Shown here: positions 14,791-32,300 of the stretch, piece by piece | How the letters are laid out: every line of letters starts with the position of its first letter | How positions within the stretch are numbered: position 1 is the stretch's first letter | Source: Fimicolochytrium jonesii | Lineage: Eukaryota | NCBI RefSeq assembly: GCF_025526975.1 | Contig: NW_026515668.1 | Span: 372,001-436,000, forward strand | DNA length: 64,000 bases | Direction of reading: 5' to 3' | Program-made: the position numbers and the translations under genes | Notes under the pieces: model-generated | Seen by the model: only the letters and a program-made list of their open reading frames with translations | What the model was told of the DNA's origin: nothing | Database searches by the model: none

Positions 14791-15439
14791 GAACACAAGC
14801 ACTCAAGCAAGTCGTTACTGCGACCCCTTGAGCGGGGTATCTTCTCCACTCAGCCGACCAGGAAGCATGCATGCACATATTCTTAAGTGCACGTACCCAC
14901 CTGCATGCATTCCTCCCCATTCCTTCAGGAATAGGAGCAAACGACAAAACCCAGGAGAGGGGGAAATACGGCGTCTAAGCCTAGACAACAGCCCTTAGCG
15001 ACATATTTTAGACAGTTTAGACAGTTCAGAGATGGACGTAGTTTTTTGTGGCTGGACTCAATGGAAGAGGGACTCGGTGTATATATTTTCCTGAAGCATT
15101 AGGACATGCATCGGAAACACCGGACAGTCCATATAAAGAAAGACCTGTATATGTATGGTAAGGAACTGTGATTGCTGTAATAATGCTATATACAAATGAG
15201 GAAATGCGTATCGTGCGTTCGATGGGAACGCGGGCGCCGGCCCATTTCTAAGTATCGCATTGCTACATTAGAGATTGTCCATGTCATCCTAATCGCTGCT
15301 CCGGGGAATACTAAACAACTATCCAAAATCGGGCTCAGATGTTCTACCAAAGTTCAGTGTCTAAAACACTGCCTGCATGGGCGCCCGATACCCATGTCAC
15401 TTCCGGGAGTTCTCTACCCGTTCTCCCATTCCCGCCCAT

Positions 15440-16678
15440 TCAAGTCGACAATCTCGACGCGGCATTCGTCCCCGGTCTCAACCCCGCCGGCGTCCCTCCC
15501 TCCGCATGCACCGCTGACCGCGTCGCCTGCGCGCTCGTCGCAAACAGCCGATTGACAATATCCACGTTCGGGTCCGTTGCCGAGTCTGGCGTGCCGAGGC
15601 CGGGGATGGAGAGGTTGAGGGAGGTGCCGAGGGTGCCGGAGAGGGTTGCGTGGGGATTTGGTTGGTGAGGGATATGTGGCTATGGGAGAAGGGTGTGAGT
15701 GGGGGCTTCTGAAAAAGGGTGTGAGAAAATGGGTTGACGGGGAAGGGACTTACTGAGTCGAGAGCGCCTTGGTCACTATCTGATGCTTGATCGGAGAAGA
15801 CGCCGCGGAGGCCTTCGGAGGAAAGATCCCTTAATGTTGTTTCTGGGACTTTGTAGGTGGGATCTGATATGTTGACAGTGAGCCCATGAGATTCAGATTC
15901 CTGGCATCCAATGCCTTTCCGCCAACACGTATTTCCCTATCCCCATACGCACAGACTGAAAGACCGTCAGACTACTCACCCCCCTTAACCAACTGCATCT
16001 TCACCGTAATCCTCAAAATACTATTAACCCTCGAATCCTGCAACAGATACCGCCGCGTCCGTTCCCGCTCAGCACCAAACTCAGCGAGGTTGACAACAAC
16101 CCGCCCGACATCCTCGGACCCTTTGCCGGCGTTGACGCCCGTTTGGCGGATGTAGAGGATCAGCTCGCAGGGGAGAAGGACGCCGTCTTTGCCGATGATG
16201 AGGGTAGGTTGGAGCGGGATGGGCGTGTCGAATGTTACTGTGTGGTCTTTTACTGTGCACCTGCGAGGGAGGGGGGGGGGGGGGAAGGTTCAGAACGGTG
16301 TACGTAGAGGACGGGCAGACACTCTGGGCTCGTCGCATGCTTTCGCGCCGTCGACTAAGACTTTCGATGTACGGCGGCCTGAAACCCATCGCCTATGTGC
16401 GTTGCCGGCCGGGTTTCCGTGTGCTCGTCCAGGCATCCCCATCCACACAATCTTGGAGGAAGCCCATCCAAATTCTCCAAACACACAGTAGGCCACCCAA
16501 TTCGAGCCCACCCGTATCCCCACCCAAATACTCACTTCTGCGACGACCCCTCCTTCATCTTTAGCTTCCATTTCACATAATACAGCCCACTGACATATGG
16601 CAAGTTTGTCAAATCGTGGACGACACACGTTGCTTCGAATTTCACTTTGCGCGCTTTGGAGACGAAGAGGGATGCCAT
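15440..16678 (-). CDS. NT-C2 domain protein (EEIG1/FAM102-like)
   Basis: Spliced MASLFVSKARKVKFEATCVVHDLTNLPYVSGLYYVKWKL..K|CTVKDHTVTF..DVGRVVVNLAEF..RRYLLQDSRVNSILRITVKMQ; C-terminal NVDIVNRLF. Not evident in the ORF track because of introns. Confidence 0.88.
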
Positions 16679-17630
16679 TGTTGGTGGAATATTTCGGGAT
16701 GGTGAGGGAGAAGGCGAGGAATGGGGAGGGTGGATTGCGGGGAGGGGTTCTTTTCCGGAATGTGCTGTGCGGCTTGTCGGAGAAAAAGCCTCAGAGCCCT
16801 CAAAGGGGTTGACAGCGGCGGACGCGTGAGATTTCTGACTCCGGGGAATAATAGGCGGTCCCGCCTGGGGACTGTTGCACGAAAGCGTGCCACGGGCGGA
16901 CAGCTTCCATTCCTTCGAAGCTCGCAGATACTAACAACACCGTCTGCTGTCGTTCCAGCAGGCACAGTTGGTTCACCACTCGGAGAAATCAATGTATGCG
17001 TAGAACAGGCCCCATCACTAGCACGTCACTCAATCGAGATCGATGTGATATGACGCCGCGAATGAAGGTCGCGTATATATATATATAGAGATCGACCTGG
17101 GACACAGTTTCACACCGAAAACGACGGCAAAGGAGATGTGTATTCATTGGCGCAAGAACGCAAGATGTGCCGTAGTATATCTACATGTCAATGAAGGAAT
17201 GAACAAGGATAATAAATCGGTGGATGGGGACTTCGGGGAAGCAGATGGCAGGAGCTATACGATTCTTGAGAGCAAGGGGATGGGTCCCTCTCCATTACTA
17301 GCCCGCACCGCAAATCACTGACCGGGTTGTCCTCTCCCGTCCAAATCATTCTACTGTATCTACTGCCGCTCAGAGTACGACGCTGTGAAGACATGCCAAG
17401 GCATTTGGCGCGATGTGTACCAGTCCCAGTCCTATGTTTTGTGAGAAAAGATCATCCTGTGAATCAAATGGCTTTGATGCGAGTGACAATCAGTGCGGCC
17501 TCTCACCTGAGGGCTGTCTGAGAGCGCTTTACTGTTTCTCATGCCGAGTTTCGTCATGGGCAACGGCCTCTCCTGCGTCAACGTGCATGCCAGGCGCAAC
17601 CACGGTCGCATTCATATGTCGGCCGCAGAG

Positions 17631-18376
17631 TCACTTCTTCCTCCCAAAAAGTCCTCCAAACATTTTCTTCTTCGACGCATCGGCATCAAGCGTCGCCCCA
17701 CTACTCCCCATATTCGTCACCTTTCCCCCATTTGCAGGTCCGCTCGACGCCACGGGCTTCCTTTTCCCTCTCTTCAGAGGCTTGAAGCCCTTTTTGGAAT
17801 CGAGCAGCCACGCCAGCTGCTTCTTATTTAAGCACCCACGGCGCTTGCTTCGCACGAGCTCTACGGCCTCTATGGGGTCCATCCCGCCGTCAATCAGAGC
17901 GCAGGTCACCAGAACGGGAGCGCGGCCAACGCCGCTGACGCAGTGCAGGGCGAGGGCTGGGTGTGAGGATGACGAGGGATTTGAGATAAGCGAGTCGACG
18001 AGATTGCGGAATGAGGTTATAATCGTATCAGGGGGTATGGAACCTGTAAGACAGAAGGTAGCGAAGCCGCCCGATCAGTTTAACGTGACTCAAGCCCTCT
18101 ACAGTGCTTTCTTTTCCGCCGCTCCTAACCATCCTCAAAGAACCAGTCCCAGACAGCGACGCCATTGCCCTTCAGGACCGCGGGATCGTATGCGTTGGGG
18201 TCACACAGCCGGACGAGATTGACGCAGTCGTGGGCGCGGAGAGTGGGCAAATAGTCGTTTTCGAGGGCGTCTTGGTCGGGACAGTCTGTGATCAGGAAGA
18301 GGACTGGACAGGCCTGCGGATGGGAAATGAGGGAGAGCCTCTGCGAGTAGGGCGAGTGGCTGGAGGGCTGGACCAT
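17631..18376 (-). CDS. PRL/PTP4A-type protein tyrosine phosphatase (2 exons; alternative upstream ATG at 18466)
   Basis: FLITDCP, LVRLCDPNAYD, WFFEDG|SIPP, P-loop HCVSGVGRAPVLV, AVELVRSKRRGCLNKKQL. Confidence 0.9.
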
Positions 18377-18769
18377 GGGTGCGTCTATGACTCTGAGTAG
18401 GAGTGTTATTGGGCGAAATGCCGTCTCTGGCTGTGTTGCGAATGTCAAACCTCCTCGAATTCCCATGTTCCATGGCGACCGTCGAGTTGGCCGCAGAGTT
18501 GGCCGCCGTGAGTTACGTCAGCAAGTCCCAGTCCGCTGCAAGATCGCACCCCAGCGCTTACAAGGGAACTTCGAATTTCGGATAACGCTTGTTCTGGCTT
18601 CGCCTGGGACAACGCTTATGCAACGGAGGCTCTACGAGGCGGCAGCTTTGTGGGAATTTGGAACCATTCGCGCTTGGGCATATTTGGCAAATGGCCTTGG
18701 CCCTGGCCTTGACTTTCAAGCGCGACTTGAACGCACACGTCTTGAGATTCAGAAAGAAACCTGAAGGCA

Positions 18770-21700
18770 ATGACGGTCGGCGAAGAAACCGTTAATCCCA
18801 GTGAAGGACGACGAGCCCTCCTGCCAAAAAAGAAGGTCGCAGCCTCAAGGTAATAAGCCAGTATTTGACGTGGTCACCGGTCGGGATGTGGGAAGCGGAA
18901 TTTGCGGAAGGGACACGCCAGTGATGAGATATCACTAGAGGATAAAAGCCGAGCGAAGCCGAAGGTCGAACTCCACGATGACATTCGATGTGATTTGTGT
19001 GCAGAGTTCCCTCTGAGCTTTGCAAATGCGGACTTTCACTAGGCCAGTCTGAGGAGTGTGTCGAGTTTGCGAAAGGCGAGGGCATTCGAGAGTCTCTACT
19101 TGTGCACACGCGCGCTGATGTACTGGGAACGTCCCACAGATGCGTCGACTGGGGCGTACAGAATCTTATCGCCGTTGTCTCGCCCGAACAGAGCGGAAGA
19201 CTAGCGAGAAGGCGACGACGAGGGCAAGGTGAAATGTAGGTTGACGAGTCCGGTTCCGTGATAGCCCTCGCAAGCCCTCGCCTCACAAACGCTCTTTCGC
19301 CAGTGCTGAGAGACCACAAACGATATCCCTCATGCGCAATCTTGGAAATGGAAGGCGAAAAATCGTCTGTCAGATTCATGCGCACCCGCATCTGGGCAGT
19401 AAAGTCTCGACTGTCAAATGGGATCCTTCTGGACAGCTGCTCGCAAGCATTGATGAGAGTGGCCGGGTGGTCGTTTGGAGAATGCAGGTGGGCGCCTCTC
19501 GTGTCATGAACAGAGCATGGTCGGAGTGCTGATGGATGTCGCATTCATCAGGACTGCATCAACCGATGGGCTGTCTCTCACACCTGGGATTGCGGAGAAC
19601 CTGTTGTAGCCCTGACATGGCTCAAACAGCATCGGCACGTGAGTTTCTCCGGATGCGACGAATTTAGCTCGAGTTGAGATTAGACTCTCACTCTGCGTAC
19701 GGTAGTGGGTTGTTTCAACCAGTGACTCGAAGAAAGCGATTCCCGCCGAAAACCACCCCGTTGCAGATGGTTCCGTCACAGAAGGTGGGCCAACTGCTAA
19801 AAGCGAGAAAGCACCCTTTCAACGTACGAGATTTCGTGGACCTCGTGCGCCAACAACGGGCTGTGGACTAGCACTTCTCACCATCGGGGGAAAGGTATGT
19901 GTTACTCAGGTCCATCCCTTAGGTCCAACTCGGCAGGCCGCTGCTAACGTGTGTCTCACCGAAGCTGATTGTGCATCACCGAGATCTTTCGGAGACGCCC
20001 TACCACCTCGAGACCGAACTCGGGAGACTAGCGAACCCTGAGGTCCCCGAGTCTGATGCTATGGACGTGGCAGCGCCTCGTATGAATTTGCACGATGCCG
20101 ACTTCGCGTTACTTGAAGATGATATTTTGGCAATCGTGGTGCATAGACCTTCTTCACCAACTCAACCGGTGGAGATATACCACCTCAAGGTGGAATTTTG
20201 GAGTAAAGGTGTGGCACTCACTTTTCCCTATGTGCCAAATTGGCAATGAGACTGACGAACTCTCTTCTCATTGTCATTCCTCAGAAATCAGTGTGACCTC
20301 AAGATCTTCTGCATCAGTCCCCATTGGATCGCAGGAATCATCATCAACCGACGGCACACAATCAATTTTGGACACGGTTCCCTCCGTCACGCATTTGAGA
20401 TGGGTGGATTCGAGTAGAATCATGGTGGCTACCCGCGAGGAGCCTTTTGACAGAACAGCATCAACGCAAACGGGTCGAAGTAAATTATGCATATTAAAAC
20501 GACAGGAGGGGAAACCTGAGGGCGAAAGAAGGGACGAGGTAAGAAGCTCTGTCAGTTCATTTGTATAGGCGATACAGTGTTCCTCACTTACGCTTCCGGT
20601 TTCTGCAGTGGGTAATTGGTGCAAATCAGCTGTGTAGAGCAGAATCTGCGGTCACTGCATTGGAAGTATGCACACCGCCCGAAAATGGTGGAAACGGCCG
20701 AAATGCGATTGTTCTTGTGGGCTATGGAGATGGGCATGTCGAGATCCGTGATCCGGCCACTCTGGCAACGGTCGATCTCTGGCAACATATGCGAAAACCG
20801 TACGAAACAGATTCGAACTCGAGTGGTAGTGGGGCGGTTCGTACGGAGACGGCTCCGGATGCGTCAGAAGCGGCGAGTGAGAGCAAAGAAGGCGGGGGTA
20901 CGAAGAATACGGTGACCTCAGCGGACGGTGGGGCGGATCACAACGGTAACACCCAAACGGCGAACAGTGCAGCTATGGAGACCGATACCCCACAAGCATC
21001 GATAACAGAACCAGGAACATCCATCTTGACGAGCCGGAAACGCGACGCAATCGTCTCATTCGCTGTGTCACCAAACGCAGTGGAGCTGCTCGCCGCTAGC
21101 CGCGACGGCGGCGGTCAGATACTTTTGGATGGTGTCGGCCTGGAACGCAGTCTTGGCAAGGGTAACAGTCCTGTAGCCCAAAACGTGCCTCAGAAGGACC
21201 TACTTACGCTCGAAATGGTGCTGGCTACCAAGTTGTCACTCGCAATGATGAGTGGCAGGGAATACACGGATGTGATATCATTGTTGGGCCTCGACACTCG
21301 TCTGGCGAATAAAGTGATCCTGCGGGTCATTTCACAGCAAGATACAGCTGCGAGTCAGCGTTCAATAACCGGAGCAGGGGCCAAGTCTCCGCTAGCTACG
21401 GGCGATGCATCACTTGTGGCCGCGCGACTCTTGCACGTAACAAAGTACTGGTGGGAGCACTCCTTACTTGGCCTTCAGTTAGCCGTCCATCGAGGGGTGC
21501 CAGGAAGTGCGGGTCGTCAGTTGTACTTCAACACCGAGTCAGCGATTCAGATTCTTGAGGTCTTGCAGCAGTGTTACGCGTCATTTGAGTTCCCGCACCT
21601 GTCGCGAGGGCATATCGGTAAGGATACCCTTCGGTCTCATCGCTTCCAGCGGCGACGTGGGCTGATCAATCTTTTATCACTCAGAGAAAGCAGTCGAGTC

Positions 21701-23218
21701 GGGAATCATGACACCGGACATCACCAAGGTTCTCATGCGGAAAGGTATCCAATCGGTTTTGCACTACGCCCCTCTACCCAACGCAATATTAGGCAACGTA
21801 TGCATGTCAGCTCACAAACATTCCTTTTCTACGCGTAGACTGTCTTCATCATCTGGTAGCGATTCAATTCTGGTTCGTGAGATATTGCAGTTTGCTATTA
21901 CGACATTTGTTCTGCATCTTCAACATGGAGCGGAACATGGGAGGCGATGCAGGGAGCTATAATGGTGCGTATACCAGATTCGACCCGATGAATAGTTTGC
22001 CCAGGAAAATCTAATGTTATATTATGGTTGGTAGAAGCATCAAAGCTGCGATCACTCCTCACTCTCCCTACAATCCTGCCCCTCCTCTTAAACACCACTA
22101 TCCGCGAAGCCCTCCTCGCCATCTGCGTCACCCTCAACGTCTCCGCCCAAAGTATCAAATTCTGCATGACCAGGGTGGATAGGTATACAATCAACAAGGG
22201 ATCCGCCTCCGCTGTCAAGCAGCTCAACCCCCTCTACAGCCCGGCGTTGTACTCGTACTACAGTGGGTTGTTCAAGGCGTGCACGGAGGCCAGTCCGTTG
22301 AGGCTGTCGGCTTTGGCGCGATTCTTGCACAGCCTTGGCACGGATATTGCGAAAATCAACAAACCGGACCCCGCGCCAGAGGCAGGGGCCAAACCGGATC
22401 CCGCCCACCGACTGAAGGTCCACCGCATTGAGCGCGAGATGCTTCTCACCGGCGAGATCCCGGAACAATATCTCCCCGCCATCCAGGCGTGCAAGGCAGC
22501 ATTGGAAGGGTACCTATGCGACATGTTTGAAAACAAGCAGCCGCCATCGACCATGGAGCTCGACCTGATGCGCGCGGTCGCCGCCGCCCAGCCCGACGAA
22601 CTGACTGACGTGCGGATGGCGCCATCCGTGAGACTCATGTTTGCGTTCGACACGACCGACGGGCTGGAGATTGGACGCAAGACGGGGTTGGAGGGAATCT
22701 ACCAGTCGCCGCCGATGTCCTTCGCGGACGCCACGCAGCAGAATCTGAAGCGGCCGTGGAGCCTTGATGGCGGGGGGTTGGATGGGGAGGCGTTCGCGGA
22801 TGGGTTTGAGACGATGCATGCGGCGAAGAAGTTGCGGAGTCATGTTGATGTGGTTACGAAACGGTTGATTGGGGATGCGAAGGAGGTGAAGCAGTGTATA
22901 CGGTGTGGGCATTATGCGAGGATGAATGTGGAGGCTGGTGAAGCGATTGAGAAGCCGTCGATCGGTGGGGACGGCGTTGGTTTGCCAGCTATCCAAGACA
23001 AGTCGCAACCCTCTCAGCCAGGAGCAGTCAGTCTCGGACTGCCGTCGCTGACGCTCCCGAATGAGCTGATGATCCAGCCATCTCCTCTACTCGGCGTGGG
23101 AGAAGTCACACCGCTTCCACCGGATCTGGAGCGTATACAACAGTCTTTGCGGTATTTCCAGCACCTCCTTGGTCGCGATAGGTGTATTTGCGGTGGAATG
23201 TGGATGGCGGTTGGGTGA
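18770..23218 (+). CDS. MED16: Mediator subunit Med16 (Sin4)-like, multi-exon; start uncertain
   Basis: N-terminal WD-like segments (VDWGVQNLIA, VKWDPSGQLLASIDESGRVVVWRMQ|DCINRW) and C-terminal DVVTKRLI..KQCIRCG..CICGGMW signature. Confidence 0.8.
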
Positions 23219-23480
23219 TACCATATTGCGTGTCATGCGACGTATACAATGGGCGCGTGGAGAACACTGAAAGGCGTGGAGGGGTGTCCTTCGCTTGTTG
23301 CCATTTGCATGGTGCACATATTCGTTTATAGCAGGGGATCGTTGTTGATATTGGCAAGCTGCACACAGTTTGGCGGCGTACATGTAAACAAAATATAATC
23401 GTCTTGCAGCACTCGATACCCGCTTCCCTTCGTGCATTGACAATAGGTCAATGGAGGTTCTCCCGGCCGTGGGCTACACC

Positions 23481-24467
23481 TCATTGAAATAGGTCCGCAA
23501 AGAACGCATCTATGCTGCTCGAATCGGTAGGACTTCGTTGCCCGTCAGGTGGTGCCGAGCCGTTCTTTGCCGCCCACAATTGTGCCACTTCCGCATCAGC
23601 AACGCTCTCATCCGGTTCGTCGTCTACTTCCTCCTGCTCTTCATCGTCTGTCCCTGCCGAGTCCTCGCCTTCCTCCTCCAAATGGGTATCCGTATTCTGC
23701 TCCGCTCCATCTCCAGCGACTGTTCCCTGGTCGTCCATCTTCAACCGTTTCGCCCGCCTCGCCCTCCGAACCTCCTTCCGTTTCCTCTTCTCCTCCTTCT
23801 CCTCCCTTCGCAACTCCTTGATCTTCTTGTAGTTGAGTTTATATGAGCACCGCGGACACAACCTCAGCTTCACCAGCGCGTTCTTCCGTTCCCTCGCCTC
23901 GACATACGCGAAATTAACTTCCCATGACCGTAGGTTGGGGTTTTCGTCGCATGATAAGTTCGCACATATGAACTGCCCTTTCCCTGCAACGACTTCCTTC
24001 TGGGTTCGCCAGCGCAGCGCAATCTGGGATGTTTTGTAGCGGGATAGGTTTGCGACGCAGTACTCTTTGAAAAGCTTGTCATAGTACTTTTTGGCGACGC
24101 GGGCTTCCCAGGTAGTCTCGGATGACTCGTCCTCGTCTTCTCGGAGAAACCTGTGCTGCTCCTTCAGGATGTCGACGTCGCTTTTCTCGACCTTCTGCGG
24201 CTGGTTGCTGACTTGTGATTGATAGTAAGCCACATAATCTGTCATCATCTTCTTGTGCCTCTGAAGAAAGTACTCAAATCGTTAAGGGGAGCTCTGGTCC
24301 AGTATCAGGCGTCCCATTTTCCACAGCCTAACCTGGAAGGCTGTAAGACCTGAGAACTCCTTGCGAAAGACCTGTGTCGTGACATTCCGTTGACCTTCCG
24401 CGACGACCTCTGCAGAAGTTCGTGGCTGCTTGAAGGTCACAGGGAGCGGAAAGTATGTTTGAGACAT
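23481..24467 (-). CDS. FRA10AC1: FRA10AC1-like (folate-sensitive fragile site; splicing-associated) protein
   Basis: HRFLRED..WEARVAKKYYDKLFKEYCVANLSRYK..LRWRTQKEVVAGKGQFICANLSC..SWEVNFAYVE..KNALVKLRLCPRCSYKLNY. Confidence 0.93.
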
Positions 24468-25243
24468 TCTCACACTGTTTGACGGGCTGATAAATGAGTT
24501 CGTGCTCTCCGTTTTCTGTCGTTCCGGGCGAAGCTTCTCCCAAGTCCCGACTTGAAACTGGTTTGCGCAGCAGCAACCCGAGTTCGGACACGCCCATCAT
24601 TAGACTGATGTTGACAACCATATGATCAGGAATCATGCAGTTTTCTTAACCTGGAATCAACCGTACCGCAAATCGGCTTGATGTGTGTGGGGGGGCAGTT
24701 GTGATCGGACATGGCCGCCTTTCCCCTGCGCGCATTTGCCTCCTTTTCCCTCCTCATATCCGCTCCTTTTCAACGCGAGCTACTCCTCACTTGCAAAAAG
24801 TGACGGAAAACGACCCCATTTTCCCACGGACCTCTCGAGAACAAAAACCCCTCTCCCACGGGACACTGAGGTTCGAGGAGGCAACGGCAGTCGAGCAGTC
24901 AATCGGTTGTCGAAGAAGGACAGCTTTCGGACCCATCTTGCGTTGTCATCGCCCAAGGTTACAGCGTCGGAGGACCACCTAGTACAGACTACTCGCAGCG
25001 CCTTCGACCTCCGCCGTACTTTCTGCCGCTGGATGCGAAAGCTATAGAAAATCTATCAGTGGAACTCGAGTACTTTGTCCGAAGGAAAGCGTGTTATTGC
25101 CTGCGATCGTGAGGTCGGCTGCATTCAGAACGTCAACGTTTCGACGCAAGTAACGTGGAGAGACTCTCCGTTCGGCCTGTCTTGACGCGGAGAGAGAGGG
25201 GTTTTGAGAGGCAGCTTCCGGCTGACAACCCACTACGCGAGCC

Positions 25244-28772
<3,529 letters not shown>

Positions 28773-29319
28773 CCCTGAGTGTGCTCACGACTGCCATACC
28801 GTGCATCGCCGCTCGGACAAGGCACAGAGCGGATTCCGACTCGGAAGCTATTCCCCGAACTACGCGCTATTCCTGAGACTGCAGCTCGGCGCCAAGACAG
28901 TCCAAGAACGTTCGTCGCGATCGCTCAGCCCTCTTCGAACCCACCTTCCACCCCCATGCGCTTCGGTCTGTGAGACCGCAAAGGACGTAAACTTCCTCGT
29001 CAATTTCAAGACACTTTATCAAGATATCCTGTGCGCTTAGTGTATATTTCCCCTTTCGTTTTGCTTAATCTTTTTTCACATGTATGTACAAAGGAACGTA
29101 GGGATGGGAGAAGGACAATTTTGCTGGTGACTACGGCGAAGGACGCCGGTGTGTTGGTCGCCCAAACTGTGTATATTATACAGAGACGTAAGATAGCACA
29201 CGCGCCGTTTGGGCTGTTGTGGAGGCGATCAGTTGCGCAGTCTGACTTTCGTTGAGGCACCTGTCAGGTTTCCCAGAATGTTATTCGGGAACCTCCGCTT
29301 CATGCGCTGGGAAGTTCAA

Positions 29320-32300
29320 TTAAATCAAATGCCCCTGGCCCGCTCCGTGTGGCTCTCCTTCCACGGCACCCTCGTCGTCGTTCGCAGCACGGGACGCGAT
29401 ACCGGCCAAACGAAGTGGGTGCAAATTGGGTAACGCTACAAGAGAAAACCGGTTGAGCTGAATGAAAAGCGCTCCATCGAGGCGGAAAGATCAGAAGTTC
29501 ACCTGGCTCCAGCGTCTCCTCAACGCCTTCGAATGTCACCTTGGTCCCATCCAAGTTGAGTGCCGAAAGGTTGACCATACCTGCGATATGTTTCCGCAAG
29601 ATGAAGTTAGTGTGCGCGAGATCCTGGGAAGGGAAGCACCTCCCATCCCTTGTAATCACCTACCCGTCAGATAAGGCAGCCCTTTATCATCCACCAAAGT
29701 CCTCGCCAGGTTGAGTACGCGGATCATCCGCACGGATTCGGAATGACTGAGGTACTTCAATCCTGGAGACCTGACGTTGGTGGACGCGATGGAGAGGGTG
29801 TGGAGGTTTTCGAGTGCTGCGAAGAAACCGTCAGCCCAGGCTGTCCCGGGGGAAGACCAAAAATGTGGGAAGATAACAAGCGCCGTACATTTCAAGAATG
29901 AGATAGTCTCGTCCGTGATTCCGGTCCGGTCAAGGTGCAGGTGGGTGAGGCTGGCAAGCTGCGGGAGGCAGCCTCGTAGACTGGCGTCGGTGACTTTCGT
30001 GGCACTCAAATCAAGTTCCGTCAACCTATTCATCCAGGGGTTCATAGGGGGAATGCTAAACCATTAATACCCTGTAAAACGAAACGCTGAGGGCACGCGG
30101 TCGAGTACATACGTAGGGGCTAGCTTGTTCAATCCTTCTATTGTTTCGTCGGTCACATTGATCATGCCGCCCAGGTCCAGTCGGGTGAGTGGGGTGTCGT
30201 AGTACAATCCTATTACGGGCGTCAAATCGATTTGCCGGGAAGGGAATGTGATTTGTGACAAGTTCCTGAGCACTTTGTTGGAGGTGAACTTGGTAAGCGA
30301 ACTATTCGCAACGTGAACTCAATCACATAGCTTGGACACTCACATTTCGCCGCTGCCCCTAAACCTGCAACTCCAATGCCGATACATCCTCGCAACCCAA
30401 GCACTTCCAGCATGCTCCACTTGTGAACGACGGCGATCAAATCCGCATCACTCAATCGGGTCGAACCCACTTCTAGAACGCGCAACCCAAAATCGCCATT
30501 CCGGGGCGCAACCGCTGGCGAGACCAGCGACACTCCCGTGATATCGACAACATCCAGTTGCTCGAAGTGCTCCAGAATGGGGAAGATCCGATTCGACGTT
30601 ATCGAGCAGTGCGCGATGTTCAGGGACACCAGGGTTTTCGAGAGAGGGCTTGATGACAGTGACACAAGTCCGGTTGTAGTGATTTTGGTGCGGGAAAGGG
30701 CAAGAACCTGAAGCGATGCAATGTCTACAATGGGAAGAGAAAGTCTATCAGCCTCACGGCGTACTTCTCGCGTTGAAGGTCCTAAAAATACCTGCTAGGT
30801 CCGGTATGCCATGGTCCGTAATGCGACAACCTGTCAAGTCAAGCTCTTCCAGTTGACGAAGAGCTTATCGAAGAAGCAAGGAATTTGACGGTGAGCACAT
30901 TCTTATGGAATACTCGGCTACGACGAAGCTTACCGGCCAGGCTCTGAAGGGCTTGATCTGTGAGGACCTCACAGCCTTTTAGATCCAGTTTGTTCAAACA
31001 TCCAAACCATTTTGCGGAGATGAGGTCACACCAGGAATCAGACACTGGCGTATGGGCCAACACCATAGTCTGGAAACGCACAGGCCCCAACCTTGCTAGT
31101 GTGGTCTTATCAAGTTGCCGATTCCTGATCAATGCCTGGAGTAGCTCCTCACCCTGATGAGCAGCGACCCGACGAAGTGATGATAGATAGAGGACCGATG
31201 TTTTCGGATTTTTGAGCATGCCACATGCTTTCTCCAGTGTCAGCTTTTTGAGGGATGGAACCAATTGTCGGCGTTTCGCGGCGGCGACCTTTCGTTTTAG
31301 GGGAACGGCAGGTAATGGCTGTACCGTCGCTCCGTCAGTCAGTCGATTCCCTGCACCCCAGTGATGCCCGTGGCCCATGCCACCAAATCCGTGACCAGGA
31401 AATCCCATCCCGTGCCCAGGAACCCCATCTTCATCATCATCGTCCTCCTCTTCTTCCATCGACCCCTCGTCGCCGCTTTCATCGCCGTCAACTTCCATAT
31501 CCACCGGGCCTCCATCACCGTTCTCTTCGCCGTCCACACCCATTTCTGAGGAATCGCCGTCATCCACGTCATCATCGTCCATTGCTGTACCTTGATCGAG
31601 GGCTCCTGAGAGGGGATGAGTTGGAGATGCAATACCTGCACCGCGGATCACGTTCAAAGAGGCGCTTGGGCAAAGACCTGGCAGGCGCAACCAGGCCATG
31701 CGATTGAGCAAAAGACGCGACGCTGGAAAGAGACAAAACTTTCTCTTACCAGCCTCTGAGAGGGACTGCTTATCATCGTCCAAGAAAACTCGCCTTGGGA
31801 AGGGCTGGAGAAGTGTAAATTTGGTGCTAACAACGGTCTCGTCCATGCTTGGGGCATTTTGACCGATGTGTGCAAAGAGAGAGTGGACGCTGCTGGAAGC
31901 GGGGAGCACACACTTTATGAGTGTGTTGGACGGAAATCGAGCCTGAGCAATGCAAAGTCGCAAGTTGTAAGCTATGGGTTCCGAATTTAGCGCGTCATTG
32001 TTTCCGGACGTACCTGGATCGTCGTAAAATCAGACTTTCGAGGAGACGGTGCGGGTGCGATCGATGTTTCCTGGGCGGGTGGCACTTCAGGGAGCGCAGC
32101 GCCTGATTGCAAGGACTGTTGTTCCGTGACCAACGTCTGCGGACCCTGCGAGGTATCTTGGTCCTGAAGGTTCTGACCAAGAGTTCGCGATCGCAGCTAT
32201 AAATCGAAGAACATCAGATAAGCAACGTTCTGGCGTATCCCGTCATAATACAATGGTAGTACCTCCGCCGCAGCCCGCCTCTCGTTTCTGACTCTCTCTT

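Noticed and set aside
14861..14913. Imperfect GCATGCA inverted repeat downstream of PAP2 as terminator or SECIS
   Set aside because: Short, low-complexity and self-complementary; no in-frame UGA in the upstream gene, and bacterial terminators do not apply here.
17074..17087. (TA)7 microsatellite
   Set aside because: Real but ordinary 3'/intergenic simple repeat.
21779..21840. Search for U12-type (minor) introns, prompted by the donor GTATCCA near 21745 in MED16
   Set aside because: The donor lacks the full GTATCCTT consensus and I saw no convincing TCCTTAAC branch site. No AT-AC intron was found in the junctions I reconstructed.
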